Of a DNA stretch of 64,000 bases, positions 39,345 to 53,373 are shown piece after piece. The notes beneath the pieces are model-generated. The model was not told the origin of the DNA and made no database searches. It worked only from the letters and a program-made list of their open reading frames with translations. This stretch comes from Octopus vulgaris (lineage: Eukaryota): NCBI GenBank assembly GCA_951406725.2, contig OX597827.1, positions 57,970,001 to 58,034,000 on the forward strand, written 5' to 3'. Positions within the stretch are counted from its first letter, which is position 1; each line of letters begins with the position of its first letter. The position numbers and the translations under genes are program-made.

Positions 39345-42300
39345 ATAAAATTTGATTGCTTTTCTAGCCCCTTGTGGGTAATGAAAAAACAAATACAAGT
39401 TATTGCAAAACTAAGGAGTGATCAACTATAACTGCTAAGCTAAGAGAATTTAGGTTATCACAATATTAGTTTTGACACCCAAAATTTGTCCTGGTGTTTT
39501 CAATTCCTTAGAGGATGGACAAGCACTTGGAAAAAAAAAAACATTCATGAAATATTAGCAAGGTTTAATGAATATTAGCAAAAAGAGTGTTTAATAGAAA
39601 CATTAGATTTTGAGCATATTCCTGTAATTACTAAAAAGGAAAGAAAACAACTAATCATTATGACTGAAATATTGTTGTCATAAAAATAATTTGTTGAAAG
39701 AAAACAATAATCTATGATAAAATATAAATACTAAGAGCATTTTTTTTTTTGACATTACACATTGTAATTCATTGGAAATATATTGTAACTCTCCCTCTGT
39801 GTTGAATGTAAAGAAAATCTACAAAAATATCACCTTTGCAAGAAATTTACAAAATCATCTTCACAAGAAAAATAGGAAAATCAGTTTTCCTAAGCTGATG
39901 TCAAAAGAATCAAATAATTATAATTAAAAACCTATTTAATTGACCCCAACATTAAATGTTTGGGAATGATTATATTCTATAAACATTTTAGGTATCTACT
40001 CTGTCTAATCTGGAAGTTTCTGACAATAAGATGTAAAAAAATGTTCATATTAAAAGAACAGTAGAGGTGAAAAATCAATACAAGCAATTTCTTTTTTCAG
40101 CCCTCTTCATTAACCATAGAGTTCAATGTATCTGTATTAATGAGTTCCCAATCGCCTCATGTGAGAATAATATACTTTTATTTGGTTAGATAAAGTTAAT
40201 AGGATGATCAGTGTCACAATCCAAAACGCTGACATTATTTTATTTCAGTCTCATTATCTCCTACCAAACTATGTATATATGATATCTTCCATCTTCTCTC
40301 TTGCTGTCATTGGTTAGACAGGTCTACTAGCCAGCTCTCTTTAAATGACAGCCATCATGTATACACATAAACACCACCGTTACTGTTCAACCTAGTCACA
40401 AGACACAAATCTTTTTCATTGCAGTGGATGTCATTATATTATATTGATTTTGACCAGATTGAGCAGAGGATTTACATGGAAGTAGTCTTCCATGTGTCAA
40501 TCTTACTGAAGTGCTACAAGGACTGTTATAACAAATCCAAAGACTTCTTTCTCTTAGTTGAACAGGAAATCAATTGTTGTAATTTAATTTTCTTAATACA
40601 CTTAAGATCAACATTCCATTAATATGTCTACAACACAGGACATCATTAATAATTTTAAATATTAAAGCTTAAGCTGTAATATTCAGACCAAAATAAAAAA
40701 AGATTACTAATTTTAGACAACTAATGATAACAACACTTAAAAAAAAAATTGTATTGCAAAATTCAAAAGCAACAGAATCAAAACATTTCATGTTATCAAG
40801 TATAGAAGAGTACAACCATGCATACTAATAATTATAGACTTATAAATATTCTCTTTCTTGAAGCTTTATCTTATTTTAAGAGGGAATGAATGATAGTGGT
40901 GTACATGAAACTGATGATTAGATTTCAACTGATTTGATTTTTTTTTTTCTAGATAATATTATTCAGTAAATAAATATTGGTATGATATAAAAAATTTAAA
41001 TAGAGTAGAAATTCCTTCCTTCAGAAACGTTGCTATGGCAGTTCTCAAGAATCTGAATATACCACGCCATATTTTAACTACTTGTTATGCCTGAAGATCT
41101 CCATAAAATCTAAAACACTCATTTAAAATTTCAGACAGAAATCTAATGAAGAATATCTGCCTGAGAGATGCTTTCAAATCAAAGTGATTTTTGGAATAAA
41201 TTTACTTCACGTCAATGAAATAAACATGTAGAAGAAAAATTGTCGATACAACCGAGATCACACCATCCTTGTTGAGAATAATGTAATGTACAGTGCACAC
41301 CTTCAATTAACAATAACAACAAAACTATTAATACTACTACCACTAGTAATAATAATGAATAACAATTTACAATTTTTCTAATTATATCCAATAACTTAAA
41401 GTATTGCAATAAAATAATAGAAACAATATTCTTGTATGAAATTTAGGAAAATCACCAAACATTTTTTTCTTTCTGATTTCTCTTTTTAAAAAATATATTA
41501 AATGGAATGCAAGCAATATTTTGAGTATTTGCAAGTTCTCGTGATATTATATACAAACTTTCTCCCTTGCACCCTTTTTCATATTTTTTGGCCTTGATAT
41601 TCTTAAGATAAAACAAGTTTTGTAGTAAAATTTTATCTATATACAAAACACTAATCACTGCTATATTGCTTGATCTTCAAAATCTAAATCATAATATTTC
41701 TTCCATTCTTGATATATTATGCATTTAAAGTGAAGAAAAAAAGAAAGGCTTTGAAAGCTACAATGATTATATTGCATCTGAACATGAAAATAAACATCTT
41801 CATTTTTCACCTCCTACATAAAATGTATTGCTGAACAATTTTATTCTACTAGAAACTACATAAATGTAGGCAACTCTGACTGAAACACATTTTTGCTCAA
41901 CAAAACCAGTAAGTCAAGATTTATTAAACACTGTCAAGTATATTTAGATTTTCTAGACAATTCTTAAGAATTTTTGCAATCCCAATAGCATTTTTATGAA
42001 GTGTCACTAGACAATGAATTTTGTGGGCAGTATACTACACCATTGTAGGAAAATATAAATAAAAGATGATATGCCACCCCTAAAAACAAGAAAGCCATGA
42101 TTAAAAACAAGCTAAAGCTAAGTAAAACAGTGCAAGAGAATTAATGAATAGCAATTATAAGATTGTTGTATGTATCAAAGGACAGATTACTGCTGAACAT
42201 TTCTGACTTAACTATATGTGTTCTATGTGAATAGCATTCCAATATCATTAAGTTATATTTTCAACTTCTATGCTTTGCTGGTCTAATAAGATCAAAACAT

Positions 42301-42487
42301 ATCCAAAGTTTCTATAGACTAGATGCAAATATTACTCCTCATCTTAATGCTTCTTTCCCCTCACTACATGCACAATTCTAATCTTAACCGAGATTTCAGA
42401 GTTATTGTCCCTATCTATTTCGATCAGATTTAAACACTGCAGAGGAAACCAGATTAACTAAAACTTTCGATTTGTACACTACACTAA

Positions 42488-42708
42488 CACTTTAGTATTT
42501 AAACCAGCCATATCTGGTCAAAATATTCTATCTGTTTTATGTTCAAACTGGCCAGATTTGGCCTCTCACACTAACCTTACAATGTCATTCCAAAAATAAG
42601 CAATCACATCATCGAAATGTCAAAGCTATGAGATAACGCATGATTAATTCAAAACAATGTGAAAAAATTAAGCATTACATTTAACAGAGTAATCAAATTG
42701 CTAAAGGG
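42488..42708 (+). mobile_element. piggyBac-like MITE family A
   Basis: Forward copy ending GCTAAAGGG-TTAA. Confidence 0.78.
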
Positions 42709-42944
42709 TTAATTATGTTAACAGTGACTTAGCTATATCAAAGTTAAAAACTTGCAATTGATATTAACTATTTTCACTACATTCTAAAAGTTTAGCACCA
42801 GCCTCAGTCTAAACTGAAAATAAAAAGCACCCCCAACTCATGATTCATGGGAAATTTAAAAGAAAAAAATATAAGCCAGATCAAATACTTAAACCAACAA
42901 TAAATACAAAAGTCTATTTTTGCTCAGCCACCTCAATCATTATA

Positions 42945-43310
42945 TCTTTTATCTTTTATTTGTTTGTCATTAGACTCTAGCCATACTGCCTTCAAGAATT
43001 TTTAGCCAAATGAATCGACTCCAGTACTTATTTTAAGTCTGATACATATTCTATTGATCATTTTTGCCAAATTGCTAAGTTATGGGGGATGTAAATAAAC
43101 CAATACCAGTTGTCAAGTGGCAGTGGGGGACCAACTCAAAGACACAAACACAGACATATACAAACAGCTTCCTTCTACTAAATTCATTCACAAGGCATTG
43201 GTCAATCCAGAGCAATAGCAAAAGACATTTGCTGAAGATGTTACAAAGTGAGGCTAAACCCAAAACCACATGGTCATAAAGTGAGCTTCTTTAACCACAC
43301 AGCTATGCCT
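42945..43310 (-). mobile_element. SINE family 1
   Basis: Colinear, diverged copy of 11347-11731. Confidence 0.75.
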
Positions 43311-43939
43311 ACATTTGAGCAACATACTAGAATGATAGCACAAAGATTTGATATGAATGAATTTAATATCAAAACATTTCTAGAAAATATATACACTAAT
43401 TACCTTCAAAACAACAAAAATTTGAACCTCAAAACCCGACTTGTACTTGTATTTATAAGTAGTGCCCTAAAGTGGTTCAATTGAATATCAAGTAGCTCCA
43501 GGGAGAAATGCATTTCTCTAGTAGTAAAATGACCTTAGAAAATGTGAAAACACTTCACTTCATTAGAACATTAGAAACCGACACCCTGAACCATAATAAA
43601 AACTCTTTCAGTGAAGAAAAATTAAAACAGCAGTTACTAATCATGCTGCCTGAGTGTTCAACAACTTGAGAATAAGCAGGCGACGTGATTTTTCAAAAAA
43701 CTTTATATAGCCAAAACACTTTCTTCTTTAAAAATGAAGAAGCTGCATATTTAAATGTTTTCTGCAATGAACCTAAATGGCATCATCATATGCACAAGAA
43801 AACAGCATTTAATGAGAACATGTTCTTTAATGGCAGCAATTATGATGATGAAATGTATTGATGAATGCATTCAAAAATAATTGTGCCTTATTAGCTTTCT
43901 CATTTCTTTAACTAAATCTTCAATTACATCTTTTTTTTT

Positions 43940-44331
43940 TTATCTTTTAGTTGCTTTAATCATTAGACTAAGGCCATACTGGGGCACCACTTTGAAAGGT
44001 TTTAGTTGAATAAAGCAACTCCAGTACATATATTTTAAAGTCTAGTACTTATTTTATTGATCTTATTTGCTGAACAGCTAAGTTACAGGGACACACAAAC
44101 AAGACAACATCGCTTGTCAAGCAGTGGAGGGACAGGCAGAAAGACACACACAATATGTATATATATATATACACACACAATGGGCTTCTTTCAGTTTCCA
44201 TCTATCAAATTCACTTACAAGATCAGTCGAAAGCTATAGCAGACATTTGCTCAAGGTGCTGCACAGGGGAACAGAACTCAAGACTACATGGTTGGGAAGC
44301 AAGCTTCTTACCCACACAGCCAAACCTGCAT
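43940..44331 (-). mobile_element. SINE family 1
   Basis: Colinear, diverged copy of 11347-11731. Confidence 0.75.
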
Positions 44332-46722
44332 CTACATTTGCTAAAAATAGATTAGTTTTCCATTTTGTCATGGTCATCAAAATTAAAAAAAAAAAAAAAA
44401 AAAATTTATCAATTATGATAAAGCAGAAGAAAAATAAAAAAAGTGGCATAGATTTTAAATTAAATTTATTGGTAGTTAAATCCTAATATTCACAAATGGA
44501 TTTCTGACAGACAGGTACAAGGCTTCTAACTAAATTAATATAATGAATCTACACCCTTTACAGAGTAATCTTCTGAAATAAACATCTGAATAATAACAAA
44601 TCCGTATAAATAGAAACTGTTTTTAAATTACAAGATTAAAATATGCAATTGCACAGCTGGTATAGGGATTAAATATGATAAGTCAAGAATTGAAAAAAAG
44701 AATATATTTTTCAAAAAAACAATATGCAGAAAAAGAAAATTTAATATATTTAATTTAATATGCCTTAGTGCAGTTTATGTTTTAGAAAATTACCTTCATA
44801 GGTCTAAACCTCATTATATTACATGCAAATAATCCCCGAGAAAAGTTTATGAAATGCAATACACCTGCATAACCTATAATAACATCGGATTAGAGAGAAG
44901 CATTATTTAGAAAATATTATGGGTACTTAAACATGTAACATTTAATAGTTGCAAGCATTTAATTTAAATGTCAGACGCAGATACACACGTACAGTGAAGA
45001 TATTCTAGCTAACGCTAAATCAAGATAGTTCTTCAACTTTTCATGAAAGAAAAAAACTAATAAAACATTCCCTTTTAGCAAAAGAGTTTACAAAAAAAAA
45101 AATGCAGCAGGTTTCTTATAGAAGCCAAAGTAAACATGAAATGAGGTAAGATAAGATAACTTGATGGGATGACTAAGACCAGAAGAAGGTAGAGAATGCT
45201 GAATCCTCAGACACTAATTCATGCAAACACAGGTTGATGATGGTACAGATGGTGATTCTGATAATGCTAATGGTGGTGGCAGAGATGGCAATAATGATGG
45301 TGGTGGTGTTGATTTTGATAACGAGGTTGGTACTGGTGCTAATAATGACTAAAATAGATTTCATTTTAACAGTAATGATTGCTTAAGTTTAAAAAGACCA
45401 GGGAAAAACAAAAACAAGATACGGAAAAATAGAAATTCCATTTCTATCTTTCTCTGTAGATGACTGCTCAGAAGCCATAGTTTGTAAAACATTTTAAAAT
45501 ACAAATGAAGAAGAGAGATATATAAAAGATTTAAAATGAAAATGAAAATTTCAGAATAACTTGAAAAAAAAGAAAAAAGACCTAAATGAAACATAAAATA
45601 ATGTACATCAAAAACATAGTCATTATATTTTACGAGAATAATTTCCAGGTAAATATTGAACACCAATTATTGATTTTTGGTAAAAGAAAAATAAACATTC
45701 TATATAATTTATTTTGTTTTATAGTGAAGGATGATGGGTAGTAATTGAAACTTTTGTCTGTTGGTATCTCGAGAAAGAGAGGTCAATAAACTCAGCTCGG
45801 ATATATTTAGGTCAATAATTTGCATAGTTTTTCTGTTAGTTGTGTACATTTTACTAATAAGCTTAAAATCAAAAGAGGCTTACAGAAGATACAAAGGAAA
45901 AATCAACAGATTACTTAGATTAAAAAAAAAAAAAAATCAATTTGACTGGTTAATGCTAAAAATGTTGAAAAGGATAATTTCACATATAATGATATAAATA
46001 TAGGCAGCCCCTTTCCTCACACCATAAATGGACACTGATTATTAAATGCACACATGCCAAATAATTCTTATTGAATAAATTTCTTTAATGACAAATTAAA
46101 GGCTCCATAATGTCTATGTTGCAGAGAAATTGAGAATTCATGAAAATAAAGCAAGTAATAGTTCTTAATAAGAACCAGGATTTTTCATTCTTTATCTTCT
46201 CAAAGCAAAAACTATTGATGACTACTTTAAATTTTCCTACCACAGGAAATTTTAGCCTGCCTTTTTATATTCCATGTAAAATAATTTCTTCCTTTGGATC
46301 TTAGTTATATAACGTGTTAAAAAATCTCAATCCAATATAAATATATCAAACATTATTAAGTAACTAACAAATATTATTTAGACTACAAATGATGAGTGAA
46401 ATGAGACAGCTTATATTTTTTTTTTTATTCAATAAAAGATGAATTTTTTTTTAATGATTTTTTTTTTTGCAACAAGCTTCAGATATCTGGTATAGTAGAA
46501 AACAATGCTAAAAATAAAGAAACATGTCAGAATGTCTAGAACTTGAGTGAATAATTGCAGAAATCAATGAAAGAGAAAAGAAAATAGTTCTCGGTGATGT
46601 AAGCTGTAGTATAGCTGTTTAGGTGGTTGAAACTATTCTAGCTCTGGCCATGATGCAGTGCTTATATATACCTATATATATATAAATACATACATACATA
46701 CATATATATATGTATTTATTAA

Positions 46723-47104
46723 CCCTTTTGATACCAGTCCATCCAAGACCATAAGCTCGGGTGCAAGTGCACCCCCTAACATTGTTTGGAGGCAATGAAA
46801 ACACTTTGAACATTTTGGGTTGGACTTGAGTTTGCACCCACTAAGCAAATTTTGTTCCCACACTTATGCCTGACACAAATTTTGTTCCCACACTTATGCC
46901 TGACACTATCTCCAGTTCAATGGCAAAAATATCTTGTTTTAAAGTGTACTAAATAAGAACCATATATGAAAATTTCAAGTTAACACAAGTTTTGAACACC
47001 AACTTAATAACGACCAAGTTATTTTACTAAGTTCCTCATCATTTTCGAAGTGATTATTTGGAACAAAGTGAGTGTATTACAATAGAAAAACAGCAACTAA
47101 AAGA
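46723..47104 (+). mobile_element. piggyBac-like MITE family B, longer variant
   Basis: TTAA-CCCTTTTGATACC start, shared AAGTTATTTTACTAA block, extra internal segment. Confidence 0.6.
46846..46905. repeat. Perfect 30-bp tandem duplication
   Basis: CAAATTTTGTTCCCACACTTATGCCTGACA x2. Confidence 0.95.
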
Positions 47105-47345
47105 TTGAAATAATTAGTCATTAGACATCTTTGATGAGCTTTGGACATATCTAGGACATTATCAAGTAGTGACCTAACAGCATAATGTGGTCTAAATTTT
47201 AAAGTAATATGGTTTTGGTACACATTAAGCTATGAAACTAAACAAGGTATCTGGATATATGAGTCCAAACTAATAGCCATTCAAACTTCAAATACAGCAT
47301 GCTAATTATGATCAAACTTACTATTCACTTAATTTTATGCATTAA

Positions 47346-47571
47346 CACTTTTGATACCAACCAGCTTGAGTTTGCTCCTGCTTCTATGATACAAACTGCA
47401 TGTTTCAATGTTGTCTAAATTAGAATCTTCTGTCAAAATTTCATGTTAATTTATGCTCTAAACATCAGCTTAATAATGACCAAATTATTTCTAAAAATTC
47501 TCCATTATTTTCAAAATTAATTCAAACAAAAATAGGGTAATTAATTCAACGAAAATAGGGTAATATAAGGG
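47346..47571 (+). mobile_element. piggyBac-like MITE family B
   Basis: TTAA-CACTTTTGATACC...AAGGG-TTAA. Confidence 0.7.
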
Positions 47572-47805
47572 TTAATGAAGGACTCTTTGCATTGTAACTC
47601 ATGGGCCAAACACCTGAGATGGTAACTATTTTGGAAAAAAAGATTTTTCATCTGCTCACAGATGTGCCTGTATGGGTAGTTATTGAAATAAAGATTGCAA
47701 ACAAAAACACCTTAAACCGAATAATTCAATAAAGTTCACAAATTTAATAAGCAGTATTGGTCATACAGCTAAAAATCATGAATAAAGGACATATGCAGTA
47801 ACTTG

Positions 47806-48400
47806 TTTCAAATTTTAGCACAAGGACAGTAATTTTAGGGGAAGAGATTAGTCAATTACATTGACCCCTATTATTTGAATGGTACTTTATTTTATTAACC
47901 CCACCAAAAGGATGAAAGTCAAAGCTGACTTTGCCAGAATTTAAATTTAGAATGTAGGAAGAAATACTGCTCAGCATTTTGTCTGCTGTGCTAACACTTC
48001 TGCCAGTTTGCTACCTGAATAATAATAATAATAATGATGATGATTTCAAATTTTGCCACAAGGGCAGCAATTTTGGGGGAGGGGATGAGTCAGTGTTCAA
48101 CTGTACTAATTTTATTGACCCCTAAAGGATGAAAGGTAAAGTCAACCTCGGCAGAATTTGAACTCAGAACATAGCAACGGGCAAAACACTGCAAAGCCTT
48201 TCGTCCAGTGTGCTAACGAATCTGCCAGCTCGCTGTCTTAATAATGATAATAATAATTTCAAATTTTGGCCAAGGCCAGCAATTTCTGGGTAAATGGGTA
48301 AGTTGATTACATCAAACCCCAATGTTTAACTGGTACTTATTTTACTGACCCTGTAAAGGATGAAAAGCGAAGTCAATCTCAGTGATATTTGAACTCAGAA
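47806..48400 (-). mobile_element. SINE family 2, three head-to-tail copies
   Basis: Units ~47806-48018, ~48020-48240 and ~48241-48400 (last one truncated), joined by (AAT)n. Confidence 0.8.
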
Positions 48401-49147
48401 AAATGAAGATAATAATAATAATAATAAAAATCAGATATCTTAAAATAGAACCAAAACCAACAGACTGGATAATGCTAGCAGTAAGGAGGGTTTATCTTAG
48501 CAGTGATAAAATAAGATGGAATTGAGATGGCTGGCACATTTAGCCATTTTATTCAACAAGGCTAATGAATGATATTAGATGTAATTTTCCCAGTAGAAAG
48601 GGTATTGTATAATTATACTCTGATTCAATTGCCCTATATCAAGCCTTTGACAGAATTCGATGAAGCTTGAAGATAAGGTATAATAGGCTTATGAAGACTA
48701 GCAAGTTAAAGTATGAAAATGCTGTTTGTAGAATTAAGACTAGCAATATTTTTAATGAATATTCATTAAAGTTCTGCTCTGATAAGTGCACTTAGAATTT
48801 CCTGTATGTTGGTAATTGCAAAATCAATAAAAACTGAAGTTGTTAGAAATCCAGTAGTTGAATGAAAGAAATTGAGCGTGAATGATGAAAAATAAACTGT
48901 CAGTCAGTGGTTGGAGGCTACACAAATCAATTGTAATTTACAAAGAATGATTTTTGGAACAGGGACACAAATTTTGGAAGAAGGCAGACAGTTAAATCAG
49001 CCAAAAAAGACAACTAGCTCAGTCGCCACAGATGGGATATAAATCTAGACTGTAAAATGATGTAACACTGCAAGGCATTTGTTTTGTCTGATGCTGTAAA
49101 GACACTACTACCTACTACAGTTTAGACAATGTATCTTAGTGTAATCA

Positions 49148-49345
49148 ATTTCAAATTTGGACACAAGACCAGAAATTCTGGGGAAAGAGCTTAGTTGATT
49201 AGATTGACCCCAGTGCTCAGCTGGTACTTATTTTATCGATTCTGAAAGGATGAAGGGCAAATTCAACCATAGGACATAAAGACAGAGAAAATGCCAGTAA
49301 GCATTTTGCCTGGTGTGCTAACAATTCTACCAGCTCAGCACCCTT
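49148..49345 (-). mobile_element. SINE family 2
   Basis: CTGGTACTTATTTTATCGA...AAAGGATGAAGGGCAAA. Confidence 0.7.
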
Positions 49346-50479
49346 CTCTTAGTATAATATTAGATGCAAGTCATCAAAAAGCAACTAAGCATCTGTATAT
49401 TTTAGATTTCTGAAGCTATAGAGCAATGAAAATTGATATTGATAATGAAAGAACTGAAAATGTTGAGGACTAACATAAGCATGATATACTTATGATAAAC
49501 AATTGTGGTCAGTGAAAACAATTATGTTAATTTTGGAGATGTAGCATGAATAGGAAGGACAGGCAGAATTCAAGAAGAGACGTATGAAATTTCAACTTCA
49601 TAACAAGTAGAAACACTTAAAAACTACTCCAAGAAATCAATGCAGCAAAAAGTTGCCAATTTGAAAATGAACTTAAATTACACTACTAAAAGTTGCAACT
49701 ATTTTTAATGCTCTAACACTCCATTTCCATTTTTTTAAAAAAACTGCATCATACACAAATATATATATACATATATCAACCTTTGCTTGCTATCTTGAGG
49801 CAATACAGAAACTTTCAAAAAATTAAAGTATAAGGGGCAAAATCAATTAATTTTTCACAGTAATAAAATGGGTTTATTTCCTTTTGGCTATCATCAAATG
49901 CTAGCATCATTTTAAAATATGTATGATAAAAACGAACAAAGAAAAGAATTTTAAAAATGTGTTAACATTAGCATGCTCTTGAGACCCAGTAATCAACTGA
50001 TACAGTATCTTCAAATTTATTCAAGAAGCCTTTGAATATTGAAAGGGTAGGAAAGCAATTACAACTTGAAAGTGAACTAACTACCAATGATATTTAATGG
50101 AACATTTTATTGAAGCAACATTGCCAGACAATTAGCTAGGAAGAATTCAATTGATCAATCACACAATCAATATCTATGAATCTAGTTATGAAATACATTT
50201 TTGAGACAAAATGGATTTTATTAGAAATAATAGGAACCTTGGATTTTGATATTGCCATCATAATCATGCTGCTGCCCACATCAAAGGTATAACAACTTAC
50301 TTAAAACTAGTTACAAGAACAAAGGAAAACTTCACTTCTTGGTCAAATTACTGAGTGATAACCTATCAACATATTCTGGATGCTATGTCAACAGCACTGC
50401 TCAATCAAAATTTGATGTTGAGTTAGTTAAAAAATAAAACAAATAAAAGGCTGTATTATTAGCATATATCCAATATCAT

Positions 50480-50780
50480 GTGATCATGTGATTGACCAAA
50501 CTATTGGATGTTGTTATGTATTGTTGGTCACAATGTACTTTTGCATTGTTTTTTAGCCTTCAAATGATGCCACCCTGCTGGCTAGGTGAGCAGGCCAACA
50601 TTCCCGTAGATCAGAAAGCTATTCCAGTGCAGAGTTACTTATTTGTAGCTGAGTGGACTGGAGCAATGTGAAATGAAGTGTTTTGCTCAAGAACACAATG
50701 TGCTGCTTGGCCTGGAAATCAAAACCCACAATCTAGTGATTGTGAGTGCAACACCTTAACCACCAGAGCACATGCCTTCA
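50480..50780 (-). mobile_element. tRNA-derived SINE family 3
   Basis: AGCTGAGTGGACTGGAGCAATGTGAAATGAAGTGTTTTGCTCAAGAACACAA core, followed by the reverse complement of a tRNA-like head. Confidence 0.65.
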
Positions 50781-50946
50781 ATATAGTCTTTAAAAAAAAT
50801 GTTTTAAATTAATTCTTTCATTCTATGCTTTATTGCCCATCTTGGATGGTTCCAGTAGCTTTACAGCCATAACTGTTTTCCAATGAGAGGAGCTTGCTAG
50901 CTTTTTATTCAGCCTTCCTCCATTTCCAGAAAAAGAGATAACAGCT

Positions 50947-50948
<2 letters not shown>

Positions 50949-51018
<70 letters not shown>

Positions 51019-51040
51019 CAGAGAGAGAGAGAGAGAGAGA
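50949..51040. repeat. Long (TA)n followed by (GA)n microsatellite
   Basis: Direct reading. Confidence 0.95.
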
Positions 51041-51221
51041 CCAGCACTTGGCTGGTACTTTATTAAGCCCAGAAGAATGGAAGGTAAAACTGACTGAATT
51101 TGGCCAGATTTGATTTTAGCACAGAAAGTTAGTATGAATAAAGTTTAAGTGACATTAGCAATTCAGTCACTCCACAGTCTTTTGAACTGAAAGTTAAATT
51201 TAATAATATATACTGCTGCAA

Positions 51222-51585
51222 AGGTGCAGGTATAGCTGCATGGTTAAGAAGTTTACTTTTCAACCATGCCATTTCAGGTTTAGTCCCACTATGTGGCGCC
51301 TTGGGCAAGTGTCTTCTACTGTAGCCCTGAGTCAGCTAGTGCCTTATGAGTGCACTTAGTAGAGAGAAACTGTACAAAACCTGTCATATACATATGTATA
51401 TAATGTATGGGTGGGTCTATGCAAATGTTTACATCTTGTGCGCTTTGCTTGAAAAAGTGCTGCGTCCCCTTGCTCCGTATTTGAAGATGTGTGGAAGAAA
51501 CGAAGTTAGTGTTAGTAACAGGAATGGCATCCAACTGTAAGTCAATGGCTCAATAATTTAATATTCACCTAATCCAGGATAGCAA
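51222..51585 (+). mobile_element. tRNA-derived SINE, family 1 head with alternative tail
   Basis: AGGTGCAGGTATAGCTGCATGGTTAAG...GGTTTAGTCCCACT...CCTTGGGCAAGTGTCTTCTAC, tail CAGGAATGGCATCCAACTGTAA. Confidence 0.75.
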
Positions 51586-52456
51586 AAGAAATTCTTAAGA
51601 ATAAAGCAAATTCCATTGAAAAATCTAGAAAGGTAGCATGTCACTATGCTGATGATTTTAAAAATAATTTCATATTAATATTATTAGTCATCATGCAGAC
51701 CTTATAACCAAATGCATTCTGTTTGTTGTTATCCAGTCTCTTTTTTAAAGCTTAGAGCATCTGAGACTATCCCAATATGTCCTTTAAGGTGAAACATTGC
51801 AATTTGAGGGAAATTTGGTTGATATTTCTTAGTAAAACTTCCAGAGGCTCACTTATAGTTTTTCTAAATGACATAACAGATATTTCCATATAAATTTGAA
51901 TACTTGCATAAATCACTAGACCAAGTACCTTTACAACTGGACATTGCTAGTATAAAATAAAGAGGATTTTTTTTTCTTTCAAGGAGGCTAACAACTGCAA
52001 ACAGAATAACGGGCCTCCCTTGTCTACTAGAATTTCTACTACCATAGTTACTTACTGAAGTCAGAAATGAATTTTTAGGCAAAAGTATTATCTTAATAGT
52101 TAAAATTGATACTGTTAGAAATAAAGCAATTCTAATGTTTTAGAAGACTGAAATATGTTTGGAATAGTAACTACTAAAGATCAGACCATTTTTCTTTCCA
52201 CCACAATAATATTACCTTTACCTAATTGGTACTCTGGTGCAACACTGCATTTCAAAATATTTTTTTTACCTTCTTGATTTGTGATCCTTGCTTTTAGTTT
52301 TGTTAGCACTGTTCACAAGTATAGCCTCAGTTAAGTTATGATGCTCAACACATGAGATAAGTTAAAACTTATGCATTTTATAGTTTTCTCGTATCAGAAA
52401 GAAATTAAAAATCATGAATACCTATGTTTAATTGGAATTCAGATACATTTTGATAC

Positions 52457-52657
52457 TGATTTCAAATTTTGGAACAAGGTCAGCAGATTCAAGGGAGGGA
52501 CTAGTCAATTACATCAGCCCCTGCACTCAACTGGTACTTATTTTTTTGATCCCAAAAGGATGAGAGCAAAGTCAACCTCAGCAGAATCTGAGTGCAGAAT
52601 GTAAAGACAAATGAAATGCCACTAAGCTGGCTAACAATTCTGCCAGCTCGCCGTCCT
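52457..52657 (-). mobile_element. SINE family 2
   Basis: CTGGTACTTA...AAAGGATGAGAGCAAAGTCAACCTC...CTGCCAGCTCGCCG. Confidence 0.7.
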
Positions 52658-53157
52658 ATGATAAATTTTAATATTGAAACGTCATTCAGTAGATAGTTGT
52701 TCTTTATACAGATGTCTACTGCACAAAAGGGAGAAAAAGCTGAATCTATTTTTCATATATCTGACTGAAGCAAGAAGTGAAATTGATTTTGGCAACCCAG
52801 ACTCAATTTATATCACTGTCAGTGGGTGAACCGTTGGTCAGTAAGCAAGTATTATTACTAGTTAGCTATTTTAACCACTTGAAAAAAGATTATACTAATA
52901 TAAAATAGTCAACAGCTCTATAAATATTAAGTAAGGACTTCAGTTTTACAGATAAAAAGATCTTGTTACATACTTTTGAATTAAAAATTCATTGAGTTGG
53001 TTTCAGCCATAGAAAAAAATTAAAATAAATACACATAACCTGACTAATTTCACATAACATTTTGATACTTATAAACAAGACTAAAACTCTGTTCTTTCCA
53101 ATCTCGCTACTCTGCTCTTGTAAATCACCATATGAAGGAACTGACGGCTATAGTTAA

Positions 53158-53373
53158 CCCTTTAGCATTCAGATTAATCTGTCAGATGTAATGGTTAATC
53201 ACATCGTTTTGAATTAATTATGCATTATCTTGTATGTAGCTTCAAGATTTTGATGATGTGATTGTTTATTTTTAGTGACATTGGAGGGTAAGAGTGAGAC
53301 ATTGAACAAGAGAGTTTGAACATGAAACGTAGAATATTTTGGCTGGGTATAAGTTAGTTTACATGCTGAGAGG
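53158..53373 (-). mobile_element. piggyBac-like MITE family A
   Basis: TTAA-CCCTTTAGCATTCAG..., TTAA at the other end. Confidence 0.75.

Noticed and set aside
46846-46905. CRISPR-like direct repeat
   Set aside because: Two abutting units without a spacer, in eukaryotic DNA, with no cas genes
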